Source: an uncultured Puniceicoccaceae bacterium
GTDB taxonomy: Bacteria; Verrucomicrobiota; Verrucomicrobiia; Opitutales; Oceanipulchritudinaceae
DNA length: 51,473 bases
Direction: 5' to 3'
Assembly (NCBI GenBank): GCA_964629165.1
Contig: CAZVQJ010000001.1
Location: 1 to 51,473 of the forward strand
Below are positions 8,277 through 17,870 of the stretch, in pieces. The notes under the pieces were generated by a model. The model did not search any database and was not told the origin of the DNA. It saw only the letters and a list, made by a program, of their open reading frames with translations. Each line of letters opens with the position of its first letter. Position 1 is the first letter of the stretch. The position numbers were made by a program, and so were the translations under genes.

Positions 8277-9725
8277 TTACGGCACGCGGGGGAGGCGGGG
8301 GAGGAGCGCGGAGCCGAGTTCGCGCGCTCTTTCCCGATCGAATTGCGGACCGATCGGCAACTCGGCCTGCGTGTTCAAGCGTTCGAGCAGCACCCCGCGC
8401 TCGGGCTCCACCATCAGTCCCATCAGGCGCCCGGTTTTCGCAAAGACATAATCGCCACGGCTCGGCTGAAACTCACCCCGCAGTTGACTGAAAAGGCTGC
8501 GGTTCACCGAGAGGTATCGTTGGCCACCCGGGACCAGTCGAAAGTCGGTTTCACCATAGAGGCCGAGCTGGTTCGAGATCAGCACGGCCTGGGGGAAGCG
8601 AAAGGGTTCTTCCGCAAGTTCGAAGGGTGTGAGGGCGGTTCCCTCGAGGAAGCGCGCGGGAATCTCGACGCCGATGAGGCGTGGGTCGGCGGCGAGAAAG
8701 CTGATTTCAACGATTTCGAGGTTTCTTCCTCCGAGCGTGAAGTTCCCGTGGACCGATCGAAGGCGATTGAGAGAAGACGGCTGGAAAGGCCCCTGGGATG
8801 CCTCGAAGACTGCCAGAACCCGTCCGCCTTCGCGCACAAGAACCGCATCGAGAGAATGTGTCTCCGTCCGGGATCCGATGAAGGCGTCGAGGGTCGCTTC
8901 GAAGGTGAGCGGCAGCCGGTTATTCTCATAGCGGGAGAAAATGAGATTTGAGGACACCGGCTGGGCCCGGCGCATCTCCTCCTCGATCGCTCCGGAACGT
9001 TCGGCAAGCTCTGTTACGCCGATGGCCAGTTGCTCGGACCGAACTTCAGCCCGCTGTCGTTCGAGGCGGGCGAGTTCGACTTCGGTGCGGGCCGTTGCGA
9101 GATTTTCCTGGAGAATCGCACGCTCGGTCTGGGCAACTTGCAGTTGTCCTTCCAGTTGCTGTCTCTGGCGCGTCAGTTCCTGTGCTTCCTGCGTGGTCTG
9201 GTCGAGGAGGGACTCGGCTTCAGCCAAGGCTGCGAGGCGCTCCTGCAACTCCTCCTGCAGGGCTCGAGCCCGCGAGGCTTCTGTTTCCAGGTTTTCCGCG
9301 AGGGAAGCCCGCGACTGGAGCGTTTCCTCGAGAGCGGCTTCCGTCGCTGCCTTTTCCTCTGCGAGGATGGCGCTCTGTTCGCTGAGTTGGCGGGCTTCTT
9401 CTTCGAGACGCGCCCGTTCTGCCGCGAGTTCATCGCGTTCCGCCTGGGTCAGGTTCAGGTCCTCCGAGAGCGCCGAGCGCTCTTCTTCGAGGGCCACTTG
9501 GGCGGCTTCGAGGGCTTCTTTTTCAGCTGCGAGGGCCTCCCGTTGAGCGGCTTCACTTTCGAGGGATAGCTGGAGCAGTTCCAACATGTCGTCCTGCATG
9601 CCTTCATCGACAGCAGGCGCCGTATCCAGCTCGGGTGCTGGTTCCCGTGTGGCGTCAAAATCAACCAGCGCAAGCATGCTCAGCAGGAGAAAATCGCAAA
9701 TGATGAGCAGGATCGACTTGTTCAT
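8277..9725 (-). CDS. single-pass membrane protein with Asp-containing TM helix, ~200-aa Glu/Ala/Leu/Gln-rich coiled coil and beta-rich C-terminal domain (function unknown)
   Basis: N-terminus MNKSILLIICDFLLLSMLALV (D11 inside the helix). Residues ~45-260 have heptad-like composition (EALAAEKEALEAAQVALEEERSALSEDL...). The C-terminal ~220 aa show alternating beta-like patterns. Starts 37 nt downstream of the preceding gene. Confidence 0.75.
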   Translation of the reverse strand: MNKSILLIICDFLLLSMLALVDFDATREPAPELDTAPAVDEGMQDDMLELLQLSLESEAAQREALAAEKEALEAAQVALEEERSALSEDLNLTQAERDELAAERARLEEEARQLSEQSAILAEEKAATEAALEETLQSRASLAENLETEASRARALQEELQERLAALAEAESLLDQTTQEAQELTRQRQQLEGQLQVAQTERAILQENLATARTEVELARLERQRAEVRSEQLAIGVTELAERSGAIEEEMRRAQPVSSNLIFSRYENNRLPLTFEATLDAFIGSRTETHSLDAVLVREGGRVLAVFEASQGPFQPSSLNRLRSVHGNFTLGGRNLEIVEISFLAADPRLIGVEIPARFLEGTALTPFELAEEPFRFPQAVLISNQLGLYGETDFRLVPGGQRYLSVNRSLFSQLRGEFQPSRGDYVFAKTGRLMGLMVEPERGVLLERLNTQAELPIGPQFDRERARELGSALLPRLPRVP

Positions 9726-9762
9726 GCGGGAGCGGAGGGGGGCGGGAAGCGGCGACGGGCGA

Positions 9763-11454
9763 TCAGTCCGATAATCCTGGGGCGAGGGAGGTGGCGGGGC
9801 GGCTGTCGGTGGCTTCGAGAATCAGGCGACGTCGAAACGGGCGCAGAAAAAAGATCTTCAGGATCGCGACGAAAACGATCCCGAAGAGGGAGGACGTATA
9901 GGCCGCCATGAGGCTCGCATCGACAAATTCGAGGACGATAAAGACGAGCGAAGAAACGGTGCCGCCGAGGCCGACGTAAAGCCCGAGATCGAAGAGGTTT
10001 TCCTCGTTGTCGAGCAGACGCAGCTTCAGGGGCGCGGATCCTGGGTAGTGTCGGATCTCGTTGATCTTGAGCATACTGAATGTGAAAATCAACACCTGCA
10101 GCACAAAGAACAGGATCAGGACAAGGATGGTCGCTTGGTCGATCATGGTGGATTCTGAGTCGGTTTCATTGAACGGAGCAGAGGGTACAATCTGGGCAAA
10201 TTGAAGGCGAAGGCTGCCCGCTTCGTTCGGATCAAATTGCAGGAGTTTTGGTTCGGTGGCGATCCAGAGGAAGCCGGCGAGGGTCATCGCGCTGACGAGG
10301 TGGAAGGCGTGCACCGCTTTGCCCCGATTGATCGGAAGAGGGCGTGTGAAGAGCCGGATGAACGTCTCGACGGCGAGGGCACAGGCAAAACCCCCGATGA
10401 TGAGGAGCAGCGCCTTGAGGCCCAGAGCAAACTGCGGCTGGCTCTCGCTGAACCCCCGCATGAAGGCCTGCCCGGGTTCGAGGGGAAGTGCATGCATGAA
10501 GGCGGGGGCTTCGTAGAGCGGACGATCGAAGGCTGACATGGAAGCGAGCGCCCCCTGTCCCATCCCGGTCGCCAGTTGCACAACCGGCCATCCTTCTTCC
10601 GGCCGGGCGAGAATATAACGGGCGACAGAGGCAGGGTTCCCGCTCAGGAGGGCGGCTGCGTAGAGTGTCGGAAAGCGCTCCTCCGCCAGCTGGGTGGCGG
10701 CGTTGAGATCGTTCAGCTCCTCCGGAGAGCGGACGTGCTGGAGAAGCGCAGAGAGCTGTTTCCAGTTGGTGCGTTTGCCGATCGTGAGGAGGGCGAGATA
10801 GACGTTTTCAAGGCGGGCGAGAGACGCCGGATTCTGCGAGGATTGTGCCGCTTGATCGCGTATGTAGCGCGACATGTCGGGACTCCATGCCCCGCTTTGT
10901 TCGAGCAGTGCGGTTGTCAGGATGGTCGCGTCGAGCGGGTGACCGGCGGCGGAGTAAACAGGCAGGAATCTCTGGTAGCCTGACAACTCCCGGGTTGCGA
11001 GGAGGGTCTGAACGGTCTGGTTGCTTGAATGGCGCAGGTACCCGAACAGGTGTTCGCGGTGACTGCCAGGCAGGAGCATGGCGAGGACGGTACGGGAACC
11101 GGCTTCCACCGTGTCGGGAGTGAGACCAGCCCGTTCCAGCCATTGCTCGTAGTAGGGTGCCGGGCCCCCGCTGAGCTGATAGTCGGGATGTTCTGCAAGG
11201 ATCTGCTGCAGCTGCGCTTGCAGATTGGCATCCCGTGCCGAGCCGCCGGCAAGGATGAGTTCGGCGGGTCCCGTGTCCCCCGCGTAAAGGAAATCCATTG
11301 CGAGGTCTTCGAGGGTGGGCGTGCCCTTGGCGGCCTCCGCGAGGACGAGGGGTGAGACCGCGCGAAAGTGAAGCGGGATGCTCAATGCGAGCCAGGCAAA
11401 GGCGGCGGCCAACAAACCATAAAAAACCGGCTGCAATCCACGAGGAAGTCGCAT
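9763..11454 (-). CDS. polytopic membrane protein with large N-terminal helical domain and MotA/ExbB/TolQ-like C-terminal TM hairpin (function unknown)
   Basis: The C-terminal LGLYVGLGGTVSSLVFIV...ASLMAAYTSSLFGIVFVAILKIFFL resembles the MotA_ExbB signature (GLLGTV.G....AL.TT..GL.VAIP). ATG at 11454 (MRLPRGLQPVFYGLLAAAFAWLAL) chosen. The longer ORF to 11607 would run into the def promoter region. Confidence 0.65.
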   Translation of the reverse strand: MRLPRGLQPVFYGLLAAAFAWLALSIPLHFRAVSPLVLAEAAKGTPTLEDLAMDFLYAGDTGPAELILAGGSARDANLQAQLQQILAEHPDYQLSGGPAPYYEQWLERAGLTPDTVEAGSRTVLAMLLPGSHREHLFGYLRHSSNQTVQTLLATRELSGYQRFLPVYSAAGHPLDATILTTALLEQSGAWSPDMSRYIRDQAAQSSQNPASLARLENVYLALLTIGKRTNWKQLSALLQHVRSPEELNDLNAATQLAEERFPTLYAAALLSGNPASVARYILARPEEGWPVVQLATGMGQGALASMSAFDRPLYEAPAFMHALPLEPGQAFMRGFSESQPQFALGLKALLLIIGGFACALAVETFIRLFTRPLPINRGKAVHAFHLVSAMTLAGFLWIATEPKLLQFDPNEAGSLRLQFAQIVPSAPFNETDSESTMIDQATILVLILFFVLQVLIFTFSMLKINEIRHYPGSAPLKLRLLDNEENLFDLGLYVGLGGTVSSLVFIVLEFVDASLMAAYTSSLFGIVFVAILKIFFLRPFRRRLILEATDSRPATSLAPGLSD

Positions 11455-11545
11455 CTCGTTGAAAGGCTGTCGAACTGCGTGCGTAATTGCAACCGCTGGA
11501 GATTGCCCTTTACAGTTGTTGGGCAGGCGGCTGATTTGAAGAACG

Positions 11546-12118
11546 ATGATCCTGCGTGTGACGGAATACGGGGAGGACGTGCTCCGACAGAAGGGGGAGG
11601 CGGTCAAGGTCTTCGACGACGGCCTCCGGCAGCTCGCTGCCGATATGTTGGAAACGATGTACGCGGCGGAAGGGATCGGTCTCGCCGCCCAGCAGGTGGG
11701 GTATCCCGTTCAACTCTGTGTAATCGACATCAAGGACATCGATGACGAGCTCCTTGCCTATGAGCTCGATGGCAAGCGTCCCCCGATCGAGATCATCATG
11801 CCGATGGTCCTCGTGAATCCGGTGGTGCGGGTGCTTCCCGGGCCGTCCCAGACGGAGGAGGAAGGCTGTCTTTCATTTCCTGGACTTCGCGGTGAAGTTC
11901 CGCGGGGTGATGCGATCGAAGTCCAGTATCAGGATCTTGACGGTGCTTCGCATCGCCTGCTGGCGCAGGGTTGGTTTGCGCGCGTCGTCCAGCACGAGGT
12001 CGATCACCTCAACGGCGTGCTTTTCATCGACCACATGGAAGCGCGTCAGATCCGCTTGCTGGAGAGTAAGATCAAGAGAATCCGTCGAGCGAGCCGGGAA
12101 CGCCTGCGGGGCGTCTGA
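11546..12118 (+). CDS. def: peptide deformylase
   Basis: GIGLAAQQVG, EGCLSFPG and QHEVDHLNG, the three canonical PDF motifs. Confidence 0.95.
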   Translation: MILRVTEYGEDVLRQKGEAVKVFDDGLRQLAADMLETMYAAEGIGLAAQQVGYPVQLCVIDIKDIDDELLAYELDGKRPPIEIIMPMVLVNPVVRVLPGPSQTEEEGCLSFPGLRGEVPRGDAIEVQYQDLDGASHRLLAQGWFARVVQHEVDHLNGVLFIDHMEARQIRLLESKIKRIRRASRERLRGV

Positions 12119-12135
12119 ACCGGAATGTTGGCTGC

Positions 12136-12528
12136 ATGATCCGTCAAACACGGCAGCGTCAAGCGATCATGACCGCCCTGGAATCTGCCGGTGGGCCACT
12201 CACGCCGCGCGAACTTTTCGAGGTGGCCCGCGAGCACTTCCCTGAGCTGGGCCTGCGGACCGTATATCGGCAGATTCGGGAAATGGTGGCGGCGGGACAG
12301 TTGGTCGGGACCGACTATCCGGGACAGCCGGTGCGCTACGAACCCGTCACGGGCGAGCACCGTGCGCATTTCATCTGCCGGACTTGCGATCGTGTCTTCA
12401 CCTTTCCGAGAGCCGTCCCGGATGTGGAGGTCGAAGCGCCCCCATCCTTCGAGATCACGGGGCAGGAAACCGTTTTTTACGGCAAGGGGCGCGGCTTGTG
12501 CGAACGCTGCGACGGGCAACCGGGCTGA
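12136..12528 (+). CDS. Fur-family metalloregulator (Fur/Zur/PerR type)
   Basis: Winged-helix N-terminus (RQRQAIMTALESAGGPLTPRELFEVAREHFPELGLRTVYRQIREM), HFICRTCDRV and LCERCDG (two CxxC pairs). Starts 17 nt after def. Confidence 0.85.
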   Translation: MIRQTRQRQAIMTALESAGGPLTPRELFEVAREHFPELGLRTVYRQIREMVAAGQLVGTDYPGQPVRYEPVTGEHRAHFICRTCDRVFTFPRAVPDVEVEAPPSFEITGQETVFYGKGRGLCERCDGQPG

Positions 12529-12580
12529 TATCCGCACAGCACGACCTGGCTCCCGCTCCGTCAGCCCCGCCGGGTCTTTC

Positions 12581-13864
12581 TCAGAAATGCGCAGTGAGAG
12601 CGAGTGTAGCGCGGAAACGATCATAGTCGCCCGTCCCGTAATCGGAGTGGTAGTCGGACCAGGAGATGGACGCGCGGGCGGTGCCCCAGGTTCCGACCGT
12701 GCGGCTGAGGCCTGCCGTTGCCGTGATTCGACTGGTTTTGCGGTCCCGGTCGATGAACTCGATGTCGTCCTCGTCACTGGAATCGCTCCGTACCGTCTCA
12801 TAGTCGGTGTAGGTCCAGTCGAGGCCCGTGAAGAAGGACATCCGCTGGGAGAGGCGGCGGTTGGCGGAAATGGAGATCGAGGTGCGGTCGGAATCGGAAC
12901 CGTCGAGCAAGGCTTCGAAACGTTTGGTGGCGGAAATACGGGCGGAGGTTCGCTCGTTCATAGCCCAGTTCAGGCCCGCCGTGAAGGTGGGCGTGGTGGA
13001 AGTGCTTTCGCCATCACGTTCTCGCCGCTGGAGTCCGGCGGACAGGTTGCCGGTAATTTTGGCGGTGAGCTGTCCGTTGACGCCGAGGTTGGCCCCGTAG
13101 GTGTCGGTGTCGGCGCGGAAATCGCTGTCAAATTCGGTTTTGCTGTAGGTTCCGGTCAAACGATAGCTGAGGCGCCGACTCTGTTCCCAGTCGATATAGG
13201 TCGAATACCCGAAGCGCTCCGAACCGACCGCTGGATTTCCTTCGACAAAATCGTCGATCGCCGGTTCATAGCGAAGTACTTCCCCGCGCGGATCCCGCTT
13301 GTTGTAGGTAAAACCGGCGCCGATGCTGGTTTGGCGGCTGAGGAGATAGCTGACCCGGGCGTTCCCGCGGTAGTCCCGTTCCCGGACACGCCCCTGGAGC
13401 GCATCATTGGTTCCGGTATCCTCCTGAATATCGAAGCCCACCGTATAGCGGAGCCTGCGTGTGCCTGCGGATTCAGACGTGTCGATAATCCACCCGAGAT
13501 AGATGTCTTCGTAGTCGAGGGTACCGTAATCGAGGAACTTTGCGGCGACGGCCGTGATTTCGACCCCGAGGCGAACGTGGCGATAAGGCTGAACCAGTCC
13601 CACGTTGGCCTGCCCCATGATCATGAAATCCTCCGCTTCGTACCGCTGGCCGGTCACGTTGGTGTCATAGGTCAGCGACGCCGTGACCGACGGGGTGACC
13701 TCAATTCGGTCGAAAAAGGAATCCTCGTACTGTGCAGTGGCGGCAGCGGCGAGTGCGAGGGATGTTCCGGAGGCGAGCACGTTCAGGAGCTTCCGCTTCC
13801 GTCCGCGCTGGCGGCGGGTGAAACAGCAGTTGGGAGCCATAAGAGCAAGAATAACGAATTTCAT
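12581..13864 (-). CDS. outer-membrane beta-barrel protein, exopolysaccharide-locus associated
   Basis: Signal-like N-terminus (RKRKLLNVLASGTSLALAAAATAQ). Alternating hydrophobic/polar beta-strand pattern throughout. C-terminal ...ATLALTAHF with terminal Phe. Last gene of the minus-strand GT operon. An alternative ATG exists at 13840. Confidence 0.8.
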   Translation of the reverse strand: MKFVILALMAPNCCFTRRQRGRKRKLLNVLASGTSLALAAAATAQYEDSFFDRIEVTPSVTASLTYDTNVTGQRYEAEDFMIMGQANVGLVQPYRHVRLGVEITAVAAKFLDYGTLDYEDIYLGWIIDTSESAGTRRLRYTVGFDIQEDTGTNDALQGRVRERDYRGNARVSYLLSRQTSIGAGFTYNKRDPRGEVLRYEPAIDDFVEGNPAVGSERFGYSTYIDWEQSRRLSYRLTGTYSKTEFDSDFRADTDTYGANLGVNGQLTAKITGNLSAGLQRRERDGESTSTTPTFTAGLNWAMNERTSARISATKRFEALLDGSDSDRTSISISANRRLSQRMSFFTGLDWTYTDYETVRSDSSDEDDIEFIDRDRKTSRITATAGLSRTVGTWGTARASISWSDYHSDYGTGDYDRFRATLALTAHF

Positions 13865-13876
13865 TCTTCCGCAACG

Positions 13877-15115
13877 TCAAACCAATGATTCCGAAGTCCC
13901 CATGCGGTCGAGGAGGCGAGCCCAGCGCCCCAATGCGAGCGATTGCTCGTAGTGGCCATGGAAGAGGGCATGCGCTCGCTGTCCCATCGTCGCGCGCAGC
14001 TCCGGCTTCTCTGCGAGAACCTTCACGGCATCGGCCAGGGCGGAGCCGTTTCCCTGCGCGACAGAGATGCCAACTCCTTCGTGTTCAAGGACTCGTGAAA
14101 GGCTCGCGGAGGGTTCGCCCACGAAAATGGCCGGGCGTCCCGCCGCCATGACCCCATAGAACTTGCTTGGGAAAACGAGGGGCGTGCAATCCGGCTGGAG
14201 GGAGATCCAGTGCACATCGGGCACGGACAGGCTCTGGCTCAGCAAGGAGCGGTCTTGGTAGGGCTGAAAAATCGTATAATCCTTCAGCTCATCCGGGAGG
14301 TTTGTCCTCATTTTGTCGTGCAAAGCGCCGGAACCGATGAACAGGAAGCGGATCTTCGGAAGGCGGTCGACGAGCAGTTTTGCGGCCGACAAAAAGGTAT
14401 CGTAGTCATGGACGCGCCCGAGATTGCCCGAGTATCCAAGGACAAACGCATGATCCAGCCCCCAAGCCTTCCGGAGCGGATTATCTTCGGGATCGACGGG
14501 AAAAACGGTGTCGCCGCTCGACCAGTTCGGGAGGACGGAGATGGCCTCCGGTGCCAGGCCCTGGCAGATAAAGTGAGCCCGCATGTCTTCGCTGATCGCC
14601 ACGACATGCATTCGTGGGCGGAGGCTGAGGTTGCGCAGGACCTGGAGGAAACGGAGAGCGATCCGCGCAACGCGGGCAGGGCGCTGCACCGCGCTGACTA
14701 TTTCCGGAAAAACATCCTGACTCCAATGAACCTGACGGACTCCTTTCAGAAACGAAGGCAGCCACGTCACCACGGTCATCAGAGGCGGATCGGTCAGCGT
14801 CACGAGGACCGCCCGCCATGGCAGTTGAAAGGTGAGATAGAAGGCGAGGCTGAGATAGAAGGTCAGGTAGTCGATGGCGCGACCGACGAGTTCTTGACGA
14901 CCAAAGTTGGTCGACCACAACCGCCGGATCTCGACGCCATCGCGTGTTTCCCGCGCTTCGAGATCGGCGTTCGGCTTCCGGTAGAGCTGACGGCTCGCAA
15001 TCACAGTGACCCGGTGTCCCCGTTGAACGAGATCGGAGGAGAGATCGGAGAGGAGCTGGGCGGTTGCCGAGTCATCCGGCGCGGCGAATCGATTGACAAA
15101 AACAAGCGGGCGCAT
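13877..15115 (-). CDS. GT4-family glycosyltransferase (WcaI/WbuB-like)
   Basis: MRPLVFVNRFAAPDDSATAQLLSDLSSDLVQRGHRVTVIAS is the typical WcaI-type N-terminus. The C-terminal half is GT-B fold (GYSGNLGRVHD..., FPSKFYGVMAAGRP). ATG at 15115. Confidence 0.88.
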   Translation of the reverse strand: MRPLVFVNRFAAPDDSATAQLLSDLSSDLVQRGHRVTVIASRQLYRKPNADLEARETRDGVEIRRLWSTNFGRQELVGRAIDYLTFYLSLAFYLTFQLPWRAVLVTLTDPPLMTVVTWLPSFLKGVRQVHWSQDVFPEIVSAVQRPARVARIALRFLQVLRNLSLRPRMHVVAISEDMRAHFICQGLAPEAISVLPNWSSGDTVFPVDPEDNPLRKAWGLDHAFVLGYSGNLGRVHDYDTFLSAAKLLVDRLPKIRFLFIGSGALHDKMRTNLPDELKDYTIFQPYQDRSLLSQSLSVPDVHWISLQPDCTPLVFPSKFYGVMAAGRPAIFVGEPSASLSRVLEHEGVGISVAQGNGSALADAVKVLAEKPELRATMGQRAHALFHGHYEQSLALGRWARLLDRMGTSESLV

Positions 15116-15125
15116 GGGCGATCGT

Positions 15126-15689
15126 TTAGAAGCGTCGTTGGAGGGTGCGCACGACGCGGGCGGGATTTCCGGCGACAAGGGTGTTCCGGGGGACGTCTTT
15201 GACCGCGACGGCGCGGGCTGCGACAACAGCACCGTCGCCCACCGTCACCCCGGGGCCGACAAAAGCGTCCGCACACACCCAGACACCGGAACCGATCGTG
15301 ATCGGAGGGCGCAGGAGGGGAAGTTGCGGCTGCGTATAATCATGGGAGCCAGCGCAGAGATGGGCGCGTTGGGAAACGATTGTATGGTCGCCGATCGTGA
15401 TCCGGCCAAGGCTATAGATCTCCGCATCCCAGCCGATCGTCACCGCGTTCCCCACCTCGAGGCACCACGGGTAAAAAATCCTAGCACTTGGATACACGCG
15501 CACACCGCGCCCGATCCGTGCGCCCATCAGCCGAAGCAGACTATTGCGCCATCCATAGAGGTGTCGGGGGCTGAAGCGGAAGAACAGTTGCAGGCATGCC
15601 CAGACAACGCGCGCGAGAAGGACCCGGCGCGAATAATTGGCATTCCGGCGGTGCGCCGAGGTGTCGATCGTGGGCGGCGGGCTTGTCAT
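15126..15689 (-). CDS. hexapeptide-repeat O-acetyltransferase (WcaF-like)
   Basis: Left-handed beta-helix repeats (IGWDAEIYSLGRITIGDHTIVSQRAHLCAGSHDY...ITIGSGVWVCADAFVGPGVTVGDGAVVAARAVAVKDVP). ATGA overlap with the upstream GT at 15686-15689. Confidence 0.85.
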   Translation of the reverse strand: MTSPPPTIDTSAHRRNANYSRRVLLARVVWACLQLFFRFSPRHLYGWRNSLLRLMGARIGRGVRVYPSARIFYPWCLEVGNAVTIGWDAEIYSLGRITIGDHTIVSQRAHLCAGSHDYTQPQLPLLRPPITIGSGVWVCADAFVGPGVTVGDGAVVAARAVAVKDVPRNTLVAGNPARVVRTLQRRF

Positions 15690-16747
15690 GAGCGGGGGGA
15701 ACTTCGGGTGTGGAGGATTTCTTCGTAGAGGGCCGTGTAACGCAGGGCAAGCCGGTCCCAGTCGTAGTGAGTCCGTGCCCACTTCGCGGCAGCGGCGCGA
15801 TCCTCTGTGCAGGGCCGTGGTTTCCCGGCGAAATCCTGAAGCGCTTCAACAAAGGCTTTGCGGCCGACGGATGTCACCCAGCCGAACCCCGCCTCGGCAA
15901 CCGGTTGCCAGGGGGTTTCGATTGTCGTGAGGACGGGCGTGCCGACCTCGAGGGCTTCAAGGACGATGAGGCCGAAGTTCTCCGAGTAGGTTGGCAGGCA
16001 CATGAGGTCGGCACCCTTCAGATAGCGCCACTTGTCTTCGCCCCAGATGGCGCCATGCCAGTCGATCTGGATTTTGTTTTCCAGCCCGCGAGCTTCCCGG
16101 TGACAGGCATCCACGTAGGCCTTGGGTCCGTCGCCGACCACGACCAGGCGCCACTTCTGATCCGGCGGGAGGGTGACATCGTGAAGGGACTGGAGGAGTT
16201 CCTGCAGGCCCTTTTTCGGATGGACCCGGGAGAGGTAGAGGAGGATCCGTTCATCGGGAGGCCAGCCGAGCTGGCTGCGTGCTGCTTCGAACCCGGGCTC
16301 CTGATTGAAAAAGCTGCCCAGCGGAAGCACCTCGACCCGCGCTCCCGGGACCCGCACCCGGATCCGTTGCCCTTCTTGATCGGCCGTTGCGAGGACGGCC
16401 GCACTTTTGCGCAACCGGTGCTGTTCCACGATACGAAAGTAGAGCAACTTCTTGAGTCGTTTGGCTTCCATCGCCCACGGTTCGAGCATTCCATGGGGCG
16501 AGGTCACGATGGGAATGCCTCGTGCGCGTGCGCGCCGGGCGAGGCGGGCATGAGCGGGCGACCAGAGGCCGTGAAAATGCACCAGGTCGACATCGGTTGC
16601 CGGCATCGAACCCTCCGTCAGACGGATCGCATGGCCCGCCTTGAGCAGCGCATGTTCGAGTTCCCGGCAGGCTTTTTCAAGCCCGCCGACACGCAGGGGT
16701 GCAGGGAGTTCAGCGAAGAGTATCTTCACGCTGCCTCTGATATACAT
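15686..16747 (-). CDS. GT4-family glycosyltransferase
   Basis: GGLEKACRELEHALLKAGH, the LYLSRVHPKKG motif, and the E-x7-E region PTYSENFGLIVLEALEVGTPVL. ATG at 16747 overlaps the upstream gene by 38 nt. An alternative GTG exists at 16729. Confidence 0.85.
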   Translation of the reverse strand: MYIRGSVKILFAELPAPLRVGGLEKACRELEHALLKAGHAIRLTEGSMPATDVDLVHFHGLWSPAHARLARRARARGIPIVTSPHGMLEPWAMEAKRLKKLLYFRIVEQHRLRKSAAVLATADQEGQRIRVRVPGARVEVLPLGSFFNQEPGFEAARSQLGWPPDERILLYLSRVHPKKGLQELLQSLHDVTLPPDQKWRLVVVGDGPKAYVDACHREARGLENKIQIDWHGAIWGEDKWRYLKGADLMCLPTYSENFGLIVLEALEVGTPVLTTIETPWQPVAEAGFGWVTSVGRKAFVEALQDFAGKPRPCTEDRAAAAKWARTHYDWDRLALRYTALYEEILHTRSSPRS

Positions 16748-17870
16748 TGAGGTAATCCCGCACCATCCGCTCGACCGAATAATGTTCCCGGGCGGTTTCG
16801 ACCGCGTGTCGCGAGATCCTCTTCCGGTATTCTGAATCGGTGAGCGGGCGGATCCAGTCATCATTTTCGGGCCCGACCACGACGCAGGCATCGCGGCATG
16901 CGGTGGGAAGCTCGGCCGCGAGATCGTCGCAGATGACTGCCGGCAATCCCCATGCCAGCGCCTCGAGCAGACCAAAGGGGAGTCCTTCGAAGGCAGCCGA
17001 ATGCACGAACAGGTCGGCCGCTGCGAGGTACGGCTGGACGGCATCCTTCCAGCCGAGCCGCTCGGGTCTTGTCTTGAAGTCCATCTGTTCGACGGCGGTG
17101 TCCCACTCGGCTTCCAGTCGCCCGGCCCCGACCCACCAAATCTTCGGATTCGGAAATGCCCGATGGGCCGCCTCGACCATGCGGAGGAATCGTGTTGGCC
17201 GTTTCTGCGCCTCCAGTCGCCCGAGTCCGAGAATGAGAAAATCGTCAGGGCAAAGTCCGAGAGATTCCCGCGCCTGCTTCCTCGCCTCCGCTCTTTCCTC
17301 TGGTCCCGGCACGACCACGCCATTGTCGATTCCGACGACCGTCTGCGGATTCCCCACAAAACGAACAAGCTCGGCCGCGCGATTGGTTGTGGTGATGAAT
17401 CGACCGCGGAACCGCCGGAGGAAAAACCGGGCCGTGAGGTCCCGCAGAAGGGCGTTTCGCGCTTTCAGGTAGCGGGCCGATTGCGTGATATGGATCATGC
17501 TCACGGCAGGCAGACCCGCACGGTTGGCGGCGAGCAGGAGATCGAGCCCGTCTTCGAGGTTCTGCTTGTTGATATGAATCACATCCGGCGCGACCGCCTT
17601 CCATGAGCGCTCGATGTTGCCGGTCCCCCCCGTGTAGCTGCGCCAATGGCCGAGGGCGCGGGCCGGGTAGTCATAGGTATTGCGGTAGGAGAACCGCACG
17701 ACCTCGCCGATCGGACCAAAGGCTTTCACGAGCCCATCCATCCGCGGATGCGTGGAAGTCCAGAGAACGACTTCATGAGCCGCCTCGCGGAGACCCTTTC
17801 CGATGAGCGGCAGGCAGAGTTCACCTCCGCCCTGGGAGCCACTCGAAGTACTGACCAAGAGGATCTTCAT
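16710..17870 (-). CDS. GT4-family glycosyltransferase
   Basis: MKILLVSTSSGSQGGGELCL, LGLGRLEAQKRP, and HSAAFEGLPFGLLEALAWGLPAV (E-x7-E). ATGA overlap with the upstream gene at 17867-17870. Confidence 0.85.
   Translation of the reverse strand: MKILLVSTSSGSQGGGELCLPLIGKGLREAAHEVVLWTSTHPRMDGLVKAFGPIGEVVRFSYRNTYDYPARALGHWRSYTGGTGNIERSWKAVAPDVIHINKQNLEDGLDLLLAANRAGLPAVSMIHITQSARYLKARNALLRDLTARFFLRRFRGRFITTTNRAAELVRFVGNPQTVVGIDNGVVVPGPEERAEARKQARESLGLCPDDFLILGLGRLEAQKRPTRFLRMVEAAHRAFPNPKIWWVGAGRLEAEWDTAVEQMDFKTRPERLGWKDAVQPYLAAADLFVHSAAFEGLPFGLLEALAWGLPAVICDDLAAELPTACRDACVVVGPENDDWIRPLTDSEYRKRISRHAVETAREHYSVERMVRDYLNVYQRQREDTLR

Noticed and set aside
7644-8951. 435-aa plus-strand ORF antisense to hemL and the coiled-coil protein gene
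   Set aside because: hemL on the other strand is unambiguous. This ORF crosses an intergenic gap and has shadow-like composition.
12191-13888. 565-aa plus-strand ORF spanning the Fur gene and antisense to the beta-barrel OMP
   Set aside because: Gly/Arg/Pro-rich translation with no domain pattern. It overlaps two ORFs that have convincing features (Fur CxxC pairs; a beta-barrel with signal peptide and terminal Phe).
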